Positions 11,790-23,285 of a stretch of DNA of 64,000 nucleotides are shown piece after piece (positions within the stretch are counted from its first letter, which is position 1; the number at the start of each line of letters is the position of its first letter). The stretch comes from Octopus vulgaris (Eukaryota), in the NCBI GenBank assembly GCA_951406725.2, contig OX597821.1:37572001-37636000 (forward strand). Reading direction: 5' to 3'. A program made the translations under genes and the position numbers. The notes below the pieces were generated by a model. The model was not told the origin of the DNA. It was given only the letters and a program-made list of their open reading frames with translations, and did no database searches.

Positions 11790-12290
11790 ATCTAACCAAT
11801 GTCTTGAACGTCTTTGGAAAGATCTCATCCGACCTCTTGAATGTTACAAGACAAATGCACAAGTTCCCCTGCTGTCTCTGAGAGTCTTGTCACGTGTTCG
11901 GCCCAGCAGAACTCGTGCTTTCAGTATTCTGCGATCATATAATTCACTCCATTCCGTTTGGGACTCTCCGCTTCTCCGATTTGCTTCTCAATTCCTAGCA
12001 TTGGTCTTTGCATGTGTTACAACCAGTCACTGTTCTTTCTTCTTCGCACTGGTACACATCTCATTTGCATATAAGAGTTCAAGTAGGACGGTACCTTTGA
12101 AAAGATTTACCAATTTTTTCAATTGTCCAACAGCGACGTGAATGCATCTTTGATATTTCACTCTGCTCTGATTCTCTTGGAGATTTCAGCGTTCATACCT
12201 TGGTATATATTTACTGTTTGTCCGAAGAAGACATACTTCTCCTTCGCTTCCTTCCGGTCATCTCCTCCCACCACAGTATGGTCTTGTGTG
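11790..12290 (-). pseudogene. RTE-clade LINE C-terminal fragment
   Basis: YVFFGQTVN...EISKRIRAE and WAEHVTR (cf. YVYLGQ...EI.RRI, WAGHV.R). Confidence 0.6.
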
Positions 12291-12582
12291 CTGTGTTTCG
12301 GGTCCGCTTGTATTTTCACGCACGGCTCATTTTGAGGCCTACTGTTGAATACTGGGTGTCCAATTCTCTCAACATGATTTGAAGCTGACCGGATTTTAGT
12401 ACGATGAGAACGATACAACGTTCGATTCGGAGGTATGTTAGTAGCTCATTACCACCTTTCCAATCCATGTGTCTGATGACAATTTCAAGATATGCCGTGG
12501 AGAGCTTTGGAGAGATTTTCGGAGAGATGGAATCGTCTTGTTTAGTTCCTTTCTCGACTGAAATTATCCTGGGTGATGACTA

Positions 12583-12818
12583 CCTATTTCTTTATTACCC
12601 ACAAGGGGCTAAACATAGAAGGGACAAACAAGGACAGACATAGGTATTAAGCCGATTACATCGACCCCAGTGCGGAGTTGGTACTTAATTTATCGAGCCC
12701 GAAAGGATGAAAGGCAAAGTCGACTTCGGCGGAATTTGAACTCAGAACGTAGCGGCAGACGAAATACTGCTGAGCATTTCGCCCGGCGTGCTAACGTTTC
12801 TGCTAGCTCGCCGCCTTA
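12583..12818 (-). mobile_element. Full-length family A SINE with TSD
   Basis: ctgggtgatgactacc at 12569-12584 and 12820-12835. Confidence 0.92.
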
Positions 12819-14167
12819 TCTGGGTGATGACTACCGTCATATCGGTGGTACATCCCAGGTTCACTATCCAGACAAGTTTGACGCAGTGTGCCTCGGTTCT
12901 TTGCTCTCTCTGGAGACTTCAATGCGTTCCCGTTGACACTATAGAAGTCCATTTCTTAATCAATGCAAATGACACAAAAAAGCAACTGATACACTTTTGC
13001 TCGTTCTAGAAGTTGAGTTCGAGGGAACAGGCAGCTTTTTTTTTTACAAGAACTGTAATACGACAGACCACATACAGCTGCACGCTCGCAGCGCACACAC
13101 AATCAAACTGTTTTAAGTAATACGTATGTGTGTGTGTTCTGAAATGATATTGCAATAACGAAACAACACATTGACAATGACCAGCAAGGATTTATTTTTC
13201 AACTTAGAAGTGGTTAAATCACCGTTCATGGTGAATGTGAGGACGACCAAACACGTTGTTTTGTTGTCTATGAAACCCCTATTAATGGCTGCCCGAGGCA
13301 ACAATTCTTTGTTTACTAATATAGATATACTCTACGCAGTGTATTGAGTCCTTTTTCTTTTGCACATACATGCATTTGTGTGTGTATACATACATACATA
13401 CATACATACATACATACATACATACATACGTACATACATACATACACACACACGCATATATGCACACACGTATACACATACATGCGTACAAACATGCACA
13501 CACACGCACCTATACACACACAAATACACACAAACACACAGACATATATGCGTGCGTTTGTATGCAGATTTGTGCATGTGTATATGTATGTGTAAATATA
13601 TATTTTACATTAAGGACGTGTATAATACTGTTTGTTTCACTCGTCTCATTGTTTAGGTACATACCTTGTTTCTTATTCTTTCATTCTTCATTTATTCCTG
13701 TATTCCATTTATCTACGCACACTTCACTTACTGCTGCTACTTCTGCAGCTAGTGCTGCTGCTGTTGTTCTTGTTGCTGTTGTTGTCGGTCTTACCATCCA
13801 ACCTCACACACTCGTAGATGTTTGTATGTATGTACGTGCCGAGAGCTAAGTGATCATTTCCATTTCACAGATATCGGAAATAACCCAACTCTTTTCGCCC
13901 GTCTTCTTCAGCGGGAATCCTTCAACCAAACATTACATCTCTTCTCTCTCTCTTCTCTCCTTCTCTCTCGCTCTCCCTATCTCTCTCGCTCTCTCTCTCT
14001 ATCTCCCACTCTCATTCTGTCTTTCTACAATCCCTTACCTTCACTTCTCTCTCCGTTCCATTATTTCTACTAACCCTAACTTTGTTTCTTTCTCCTTCTC
14101 CTCTCTTCTTTCGCCTCTCTCCCAATCACTCCTCTTCTCGCCCCTCTTTCACATTCCCTCTCTCCTT

Positions 14168-14202
<35 letters not shown>

Positions 14203-14639
14203 ACTCTCATTCTGTCTTTCCTTCACTTCTCTCTCCGTTCCATTATTTCTACTAACCCTAACTTTGTTTCTTTCTCCTTCACCGCTCTTCTTCCGCCTCC
14301 CCCAATCACTCCTCTTTCACATTTTCTCTATCCCTTCACCTCTCTCTCTCTCTCTCTCATCCTTTCACCCTCTTCCACTTCCACTAATTTATTGTCGCAC
14401 TTATTTTCTTTCCCCGTTTCTCTCTTAAAATTACCCCACCCCACACCCCCACCCCAACTCGCTCTCTCTCTTTCTTCCTTTCTCTCTTATTCATTCTTTC
14501 TCTCTCACCGCAATTACCCCCTCCCCCCCCCCTCTTCCAAAGCTTTCATTTCCTATTCCTGTTTTTTTTTTCGTTAGAAATTGCTTTGCCTTTCCTTATT
14601 CCTATCTTTATATCATCTCGACGTACAACACCATTTGCC

Positions 14640-14693
<54 letters not shown>

Positions 14694-14974
14694 ATTATTC
14701 AACTTCACACACACTCTACATCATCCACCCTTCATATTCGATAAACACACACACACACACACACATACACACACACAGATATACACACACACACACACAC
14801 GTGCACTTATGTTTTCTACAGCAATTTTAATAGACCTTCTCTCTCTGTGTCTCTCTGTCTCTCTCTATCTCTCTCTATCTCTCTCTGCCTGTCTGTCTCT
14901 GTCTCTATCTCTCTCTGTCTGTCTGTCTCTCTCCTATATTCAAGCGTACGTTAATGGAGAAATACATACCGAAA

Positions 14975-15265
14975 TATACACACACGTGCGAACGCACACA
15001 CGCACACATACATATAAGCACACGCACACATACATATACACACACGTGCGAGCGCACACACGCACACATACATATAAGCACACGCACACATACATATACA
15101 CACACGTGCGAGCGCACACACGCACACATACATATAAGCACACGCACACATACATATACACACACGTGCGAGCGCACACACGCACACATACATATACACA
15201 CACGCACACATACATATACACACACGTACGAGCGCACACACGCACACATACATATACACACACGT
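14975..15265. repeat. 60-bp minisatellite built from CA/TA/CG microsatellite units
   Basis: Sequence at 15001, 15061, 15121 and 15181 is nearly identical. Confidence 0.9.
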
Positions 15266-16114
15266 GCTAGCGCACACACGCACACATACATATACACACA
15301 CGCACAAATACATATACACACACGCACACATACATATACACACACGCACACATACATATACACACACGCACACATACATATACACACACGCAACACATGC
15401 ATATACACACACGTGCGAGCGCACACACGCACACATACATAAACATACACTTGCGAGCGCACACAAGCACACATACATATACACGCACATATGTGTATAT
15501 ATACATGTGCATATAATCCCTTATTGCAGGTATAAATGTAACTTCTACGCACTAACCGTCAAGAGTTGCTTACTGTTATATTTACATGGCGGATAAAAAT
15601 CACTATATTTGTCATAAGACTCCTTTAGGGTTTATCTATTAATGTTGAGCTAAAAACCCTTCGGGTATTTTTAAAAATATGCATGGAAAACGACTGAATA
15701 CATGATGGTTGAAATCTATAGAAAATAGGGTTTTTCTCTCGCCTCTGTGAGTCGTAAGAAGATTAAATTGGTTAAAGTTATATTCAATCAGAAACCACAT
15801 TTCAGAAAAGAATTCGATTTTGCATTTTTCTTTTCAATTTTGATCTGATTTACCGTTTGTCTAATACTGAATCGCAATTTATGTAATCTAAGTGCTTGTT
15901 TGAGGTAAGCCATACTTCGAAATTAGTATTTCTTCATCTGTTTTTTTTTTTTATTAGAATTTTGGGATTCCTGAAATGGTGAAGCACGACATACGAATAT
16001 CAAATTTCTTAATCCAGTACAAATTCTGGACACTAAAATTGACCAATCTCTGTTTACTTTGACCAAGTTTGTACACTGGAAACGGCCCAACCTATTTGTT
16101 GAAGAACAAACAAT

Positions 16115-16227
16115 GACAGACGAACGGATTAAGTCCATTATATCGACCCCAGTGTGTAACTGGTACTTTATTTATCGACCCCGAGAGGATGAAAGGCAAA
16201 GTCGACCTCGGCGGAATTTGAACTCAG
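16115..16227 (-). mobile_element. Headless family A SINE (left arm of inverted pair)
   Basis: Core and part of the tail; breaks just after the B box. Confidence 0.85.
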
Positions 16228-16400
16228 CTGTTACGTTCTGAGCTCAAATTCTGCCGAGGTCGACTTTGTCTTTCATCCTTTCAGGGTCGATAAATTAAGT
16301 ACCAGTTACACAGTGAGGTCGATATAATCGACTTAATCCGTTTGTCTGTCCTTGTTTGTCCTCTCTGTGTTTAGCCCCTTGTGGGTAGTAAAGAAATAGG
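16228..16400 (+). mobile_element. 5'-truncated family A SINE (right arm)
   Basis: B box through tail gtagtaaagaaatagg. Confidence 0.88.
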
Positions 16401-16677
16401 TATGTAGTTATGCTAAGTGCACTACGGTGAAAGATAGTTCTTGTCAAACAACGACCTAAAAAGTGCAGAGGGATCAAATTAAGAAACGAATTGATGGAGT
16501 AGGGGTCAATAAGTGAAAAATTAGGCTGAGGAATATGAATTAAGGAAGAAAGAATGAATGAAAAATCATTCGTGGCTCGGACTCATTCTCAGTGATTTCT
16601 TTATTCACACAGATTTGAAGACGGAAATATTGACCATCACTGGCAAAAACTAGCATCCCACCACTACGACAACAGCA

Positions 16678-16715
<38 letters not shown>

Positions 16716-16746
16716 CACGACGACGACGACGACCACCACCACCACC

Positions 16747-16821
<75 letters not shown>

Positions 16822-16822
<1 letters not shown>

Positions 16823-17560
16823 GTATTTTTTTCTTGATGATCTCTGACCACTATATCTGGCCTATTGGCCTTAATTTCTCTATCTGTGTGTATTGGCATA
16901 TCTCATAATATGGTTGCTTTCTCATTTTCTGTGACCTTTTCTGGCGTATTCCTATATCATCTTTTTTCTGTTGTTATTTCATAGTGTTGGTATAGCTTCC
17001 TGTTGATATAGATCCCAACTCTGTCGTGTCTGCGAATATATTCCTTCTTAGCCAGGACTGAGCAGCCAGAGATAATATGATTTATTGTTTCTTGTCCATC
17101 TCCACATATTCTGCAGTTACTTGCTATGTTTCTTTTCATTATATGTGTTTGGTAATTTCTGGAGAGGAGGCTTTGGTCTTGTGCTGCAATTAAAAATCCT
17201 TTAGTATCCGCTTTGAGTCCTGAGCTTCTCAAGCATTGCTGGAATTTTGCTTTGTCTATTTCTTTTGCGTTTAAGTTTAACCCAGTATATGCCATGAAGG
17301 GGCTTTCCATGCCATCTTTTTTATCATGGTCCGTTGCTGTTCTAGTCTTAGTTTGGATTTTAATTGCTTTACAGATTTTGTTGCTTCTTTTTCCTCATAG
17401 TTGTTAAGTAGTATGACTTCTTGTTTGCATTTGTCAGCTTCCTGAAAGACTGAAAACAGTTTTTTGTTTTCTTTGTGTTTTGTGGTTATTTGTATTAGCT
17501 TTCCTTGCTTCTGAAGTAGTTGTTTTTGCAGTCCTATGGTGGTTATTTTGTAATTGTTTT
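16822..17560 (-). pseudogene. R4/Dong-type LINE C-terminus (CCHC, RHD, RLE PD motif)
   Basis: AAQDQSL...CRICGDGQETINHIISGC...YIRRHDRVG; TDREIKANRPDIVV. Confidence 0.88.
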
Positions 17561-17644
17561 CTAGCTGTATATATTTCTAGCTATATATCATCATCATCAT
17601 CATCATCATCATTATTATTATTAATATTATTGTTATACTTTCGT

Positions 17645-18105
17645 ATTACCCACTTCAAATCGTCATAGTTGTTTATTTTCCTTCTTTCACATTGATCCTG
17701 TTGTCACCTGGGCATGCTATGTCGATTATCATGCATGTTCTTTCGTTTTTATTCACCATAACAATATCCGGTTTCCGATATCTGGTCAGGTGGTCGCACT
17801 GGATCATTGCATCCCACAGGATTTTGCAATTCTCATTCTTAGAGACTCCTTTTGAGGTTTGCTCATACCATGTCTTTGCTCTTTGTAGGCTATGATTTCC
17901 ACAGAGCTCCCAATAGATCATTCTTGCCACATTGTCACGGCGTCTTTTGTATTCGCTTTATGCCATTTCGGGCATTTGCTAACCATGTGCAATGTCGTTT
18001 CACCCCTATCACCACACATTCGGTATTTGTTGTTGTCGGTAGTGTTGACTATTCTGTACTTCACATAATTGGTCCTTAACGCTTGTTCCTGAGCTGCAAA
18101 AAAGA
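17645..18105 (-). pseudogene. Second R4/Dong-type subfamily C-terminus
   Basis: AAQEQALRTNY...MCGDRGETTLHMVSKC; KILWD...RKPDIV...CMIIDIACPGD. Confidence 0.85.
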
Positions 18106-18839
18106 ACGGGCAGAAACAAATTGAGGCGCGTTGGAGCCAGAGGCCTCTGCATGGACAGTATATACTTCGAAGCCGAAGTGGCTTAGAAGTTCCGGTCTGA
18201 AAGTAGAAACTGAAGGTTTCATATTGTCGGCACAAGATCAAATCTTGCTTACCAAAAACTACCAGTCTAACGTTCTTCACAGCGGTTCTGACCCTAAATG
18301 GTGATTTTGCGATATATTTGATGAAACACTAGACTGTCGCGTCTCGGGATGTCCTGTGCTGACACCAAACGGATACAAAAATTGCTACGATAGGATAGGA
18401 CAGTATTTACATTGGAAAATATGTAAATAATACAAAATCAACAACCCTGCTTACTGCTATGAACATCATCCTGAGCCAGTCGTTGAAGGTAAAGATGTCA
18501 GTATCCTCTGGGATTTTCCAGTCAACACTAACAGAACGATCCAGGCTAATCAACCAGACATAGTCATTAAAGATAGGGAAGAAAATACTTGTAGACAAAT
18601 AAATGTAAGTGTTCCCACGGATAAAAATGCATCCGTAAAGGAATTTGACAAATTAAATAAATATAACATAAGGGGGATCAGCCATCTGAATGTGGCTAGG
18701 GTCAGGGCGGGGTGGTGGGGGGTGTTACTGATGCATTTAGCCCCAGGCGAACATCAACGTCACCAGAAGGGCTGACACCATCTCGGTGTCCTTGCCAGCC
18801 TGCAAAGGGAGATCAGCCTCCCCGAAGATACGGATACTA

Positions 18840-18882
18840 CACACGGACCGGTTTCGAGGTTATTGCCTCTTGTCAACGTATG
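18840..18882 (-). ncRNA. Type-I hammerhead, U3-A8 core (unit 1)
   Basis: Minus: catacg-TTGACAA-gagg-caataa-cctc-GAAAC-cg-GTC-cgtgtg. Confidence 0.8.
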
Positions 18883-19200
18883 GTAAGCACCGCTCTTCGT
18901 TGAGGGACTTCCCCTACAGGCTGGATATATAGGGATTTTCACAGTAACCACAGTCACTGGCGTAGAAAATCCGTTCGAAAACAATAATAAATCTCTGAGC
19001 GAGATATAAACAGTAACTGCTCTATAACATAAGGGGGATCAGCCATCTGAATGTTGCTAGGGTCAGGGCGGGGTGGTGGGGGGTGTTACTGATGCATTTA
19101 GCCCCAGGCGAACATCAACGTCACCAGAAGGGCTGACACCATCTCGGTGTCCTTGCCAGCCTGCAAAGGGAGATCAGCCTCCCCGAAGATACGGATACTA

Positions 19201-19243
19201 CACACGGACCGGTTTCGAGGTTATTGCCTCTTGTCAACGTATG
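19201..19243 (-). ncRNA. Type-I hammerhead, U3-A8 core (unit 2)
   Basis: Identical to 18840-18882. Confidence 0.8.
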
Positions 19244-20447
19244 GTAAGCACCACTCTTCGTTGAGGGACTTCCCCTACAGGCTGGATATATAGGGATTTT
19301 CACAGTAACCACAGTCACTGGCGTAGAAAATCCGTTCGAAAACAATAATAAATCTCTGAGCGAGATATAAATAAATATAAGGATCTGGAAATTGAAATAC
19401 AAAATATGTGGCATCTTAAAGCGAGAACCGTTCCTATTATTGTGGGTGCCCTAGTTATGATAAGAAAGACCCTATCAATTTAAATGTCTGTGTTCTATTA
19501 CATGAAGGTATTTCGCTACTGCCTCTGCCGCTTTCCCCCCCCCCCAAGCTTTCAGTCATACTGTAACATCTCATAACCTTCACTCGCCCTAGGACTGGGT
19601 GTGTCGCGGCAAGTGATTGTAACAAACATGCAGATTAAAAGGAAATGATGATGATGTGCGTGCTTTAGGTGTATTACTAGGGTGAAAGAAAAGAGATAAA
19701 CTAAAAATTAAATAAAATCGTCTTCCAAAAAATACTTAAAGTGAAGGGAGACTGAAGATGGAAAAAGAGAGAAGAGACATAAGCTGGCAGATAGACAGAC
19801 AGACAGGGAGTAGAATGGGGAAAGGTGGGGGGTAAAAAAGGGTAGTAAGGAGTTTGTAGATGAGAGTGAATCAGAATGTATAAAAATTAAACAAAAAAAT
19901 TAAGGCATCTTCTTATATTTAAAACTGGACAGCATTAAACTGGAGGTTATCATTTTTAAGCGAAACAGTGGTATTTTGGCTGGTTCTTGTTTATTTTTAT
20001 TATTGTTATTTTTTTTTTGTTTTGTTGTTTAATGCTAGCAACGTTAGATTCTTAGCTGACATCATGATATTTGAAATACTGCTTCACTATTTACACACCA
20101 TGATATTTAATTTTTCTCTTATATTTGTTTCGTTTTTTATTGTAATTTATCCGTTTTTAATATTTCTGCAGAGTCAACCACAAAACTGCATTTCAGTTTC
20201 CGAGTTCTTTTGATGCTTAAAATTTCATTATGGCAATGACATCTCTCAATCGCAACCTTATCTTCGTCATGTTTTCAGCTCACGAAATATTTTTTCCCAG
20301 TTCCTCTACGTCTTTAACTGCAGATACGGAACATTCTGGGAAAATGTGGTTGCCTATTGTAGGCAGAAAATTCATCGGAATGTTCGATCATCAATAAAGT
20401 AAAAGTATTAATATTCTAATGCCTGAGATTTTGGGGGAGATTTGGTG

Positions 20448-20514
<67 letters not shown>

Positions 20515-21078
20515 TTGTGGCTCTTATGGCTTCACAGTGGCTCTCATGGCTTCTGATCTTAACTGATTGGAAGTGTTATCATGTACATTGTTTTGTCTTG
20601 GTATAAAAGATGGGCTACAGTAAATATTCTGCTCAATACCACATATTTGCTTGTCAGTTGTTTGACCTTAACCACTTGACCATGTCCCTTAGTGGCTGAC
20701 CATATGTGCTCCTCTGATCACGAGCAGAAGTAGTGGGGGAGCATCATAGCCATGTGTTGAAAGGAATTCTTAGAGGTTTGGATAATTCACCTTTCGAAAC
20801 ATGGGTGGTTCTTTCAACATCCTTAAAAAATCCTTATTTAGGGACCTATTGAGCGGGATGGGCTACTGGACCAGAAGAAAATTCTAACTGGGTCCTACCT
20901 GCAAGGTCATGCGCTGTTTATCTTGATATGAGATCACCATGTCGCGCACATATGGCTGTGATGCATGTGCCTAGTGTACCCTTATCAGACGGGTAGTCAT
21001 GATGGATATACTGGGCTTCGTATATTTCACCCCAGTGTCACTTTGATGGCATGCACTGCTCTCTCACTCAATAATAAT
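20515..21078 (+). mobile_element. Probable 3' end/UTR of a (TAA)n-targeting LINE
   Basis: Complex sequence starting at the end of a (TAA)n array and ending ...cactcaataataat; the Dong-type assignment is inference. Confidence 0.45.
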
Positions 21079-21083
21079 TTCAT

Positions 21084-21835
21084 TTATTGACCGCCAGGAC
21101 CGACATATAGGGGACAATAGAGTCGACGGGGACAAATGAGGGATTTCTGGAAGTTATCCATCGTCCCAGGCTCGAAAGTCCTCCTGAACAGATTGGTCAG
21201 TTCGACTTCGTCGACACCCAGAGCCTCTCCGAGTGCATCATCGCACTTTCCCACTACTAACCCTCTACAGAACTCAAGAGTGGATGTCTCACTGACCGAT
21301 TTGCCCGTCTGGTAGAGCGCAGTGAGTGCCTGGCAACATTCCAGGTGCCAGTCACCCTGTCTGGGTCTCTTCTTGACCCAGGACTGCAGTTCAGTCAAGG
21401 AGACGAGCTGGGGAAAGGCCTGTTTCACAAACGGCGACTACACCTGTTCCTCGTTTAGACAGAATATCTGGAGGTGCCGGAGGTTTTGCACATGTCTACG
21501 CATCATTAGCCACGACATGCCCAGCCCTCCGCGTGGAAGATGCTGGCAGTAGATGAACCACTTCACCAACGGAACCTGTGCCCTTCAGAAGAATTTGAAG
21601 AGGAGGCGCGAACGGGGTAAAGGCACGACGGTCTGGCGGTAGTAGATGACGGACGCATTCGCCACCTCCGCACGACTTTTCAGTAACAGCTTTCTCGCAG
21701 CTTATTTCTGGGTGAAACTGGCTACCCTGCTTGTCATCTCGTCCCAATTCTTATCCACCCGGAGGTCTGGCAAGCCGTCGAGGTATGGACTGAAATCCGC
21801 TATCATCCCTGACTCGCCATCCCCACCGAATAACC
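21084..21835 (-). pseudogene. Tx1/L1-type ORF2 fragment
   Basis: DKNWDEMTSRV..KSRAEVANASVIYYR..GGLGMSWL; homologous to the 24420-24670 translation. Confidence 0.75.
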
Positions 21836-21845
21836 GAGCAACGCA

Positions 21846-21975
21846 CTTTCAATTTCTGTCTACCAAATGCACTCTCAAGGATTTGGTCGGCTATAAAATA
21901 CACTTGCCCAGTGTGCCGCACTGTGGGACTGAACCCAGAATCACACGGTTGGGAAGCAAACTTCTTACCACACAG
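21846..21975 (-). mobile_element. Family B SINE head fragment
   Basis: cacttgcccagtgtgccgcactgtgggactgaaccc...cttcttaccacacag. Confidence 0.75.
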
Positions 21976-22004
21976 ACACGGAGAAGTAAGAACCATCCTA
22001 TCCG

Positions 22005-22060
<56 letters not shown>

Positions 22061-22332
22061 AGAGAGAGAGAGAGTGGGAGGGAGGTAGAGAAAAAGGGAG
22101 AAGGCGTGAGTGTGTGAGGGAAAGAAGGGGAGAATATAGGGGAGAGGAAGAGTGAGAAAATGAGGGGGGGATGAGATAGATAGAAGGCGAGAGGGGGGAC
22201 GAAAGAAAGAGAAAGAGAGAAAGAGGGAGAAGGCGTGAGTGTGTGAGAGAAAAAACGGAGAGTATAGGGGAGAGGAAGAGCGAGGAAATCAGGGGGGAAT
22301 GAGATAGATAGAAGGCGAGAGGGGTCGAAAGA

Positions 22333-22374
<42 letters not shown>

Positions 22375-22758
22375 GAGAGAACACGAAGGAGAAGGAGATG
22401 GTTCTGATCAAACACGACAGAATGGAGATCGAAGGAAATTGTGTTTGTGTGTTTGGTTAGGAAAACTGCATTTGGTGTGAGAATGTGTGTGTATGTGTTT
22501 GTGCGTGTGTACGCGTGCGTGTGTGTGAGTATGAGTATGTGTGTTTGTGTGCACGCGCGCAGGCGTGAGTGTATGTCCGCGCGCGCGCGTGCATATGTGA
22601 GAGAGAAAGAGAGAGAGAATGTGAGAGAGAAGGAGAGCGAGAGAGAGAGAGAGAGTGAGAGATGGTGATAGAAACAGATGAGTGAGGAGTGTTCGTGTGG
22701 CTGTCAATGAATGTGCGCGCGCGTGTGTGTTTGTGTGCGCGCGAATATTGGTGTGCGT

Positions 22759-22800
<42 letters not shown>

Positions 22801-23285
22801 CAACGTGAATTCGTACCTGTGAATGTGTGCGTGTGTGTGCGTGCGCTTGTTAATGCAAACAAGTCTTGTCTAAAGAGAAGCATAAACAAACAGGCCTGTA
22901 GGATCAACCTCGTAGAAATAGCAGCGAAATCTCAAATAAAGAAAGAACACATCTCATTTTAAACAGAAGAATTGGTCTCGGATGGAATGTCGTGGATCTG
23001 CTCCAGGTCAACCAATAACAGCAGCAGTAGCGTGAGTCACTGAACTTTTGGCATTTGACTCTTCAACACACAACATCCGGCCATGTTGTTTATCATTTTC
23101 ACCCGTCACACTTGGCAGGGGTGGTCATCGGGTGGATAGGGTGCTTACAGTGGTTCATATAAAAATACTCTTTTCTATACACACACATGCGCGCGTGCGC
23201 ACATAAACAGAAACATTTACTCACAGACAAACTCGTTGTTCCTGTCAACAAAGCAGTATTTAAACTTCTAATATCATGTTAACCG

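Larger units (their letters stand above)
18667..19370 (-). mobile_element. Non-coding HHR tandem element (retrozyme-like or PLE pLTR dimer), ~1.95 x 361 bp
   Basis: Two copies at offset 361 with 2 substitutions seen; TAAATAAATATAA at 18654-18666 and 19368-19380; one HHR per unit. Confidence 0.8.
18125..19470 (+). pseudogene. Third R4/Dong-type C-terminus, interrupted by the 361-bp tandem insertion
   Basis: ETEGFILSAQDQ, ILWDFPV...ANQPDIVIKD; removing 18667-19380 restores EFDKLNKY|KDLEIEIQNMWHLKARTVPIIVGAL. Confidence 0.85.

Noticed and set aside
18712-19414. 63-97 aa ORFs in the 361-bp repeat
   Set aside because: Short, mostly non-ATG starts, no recognisable domain; the unit is better explained as structured RNA
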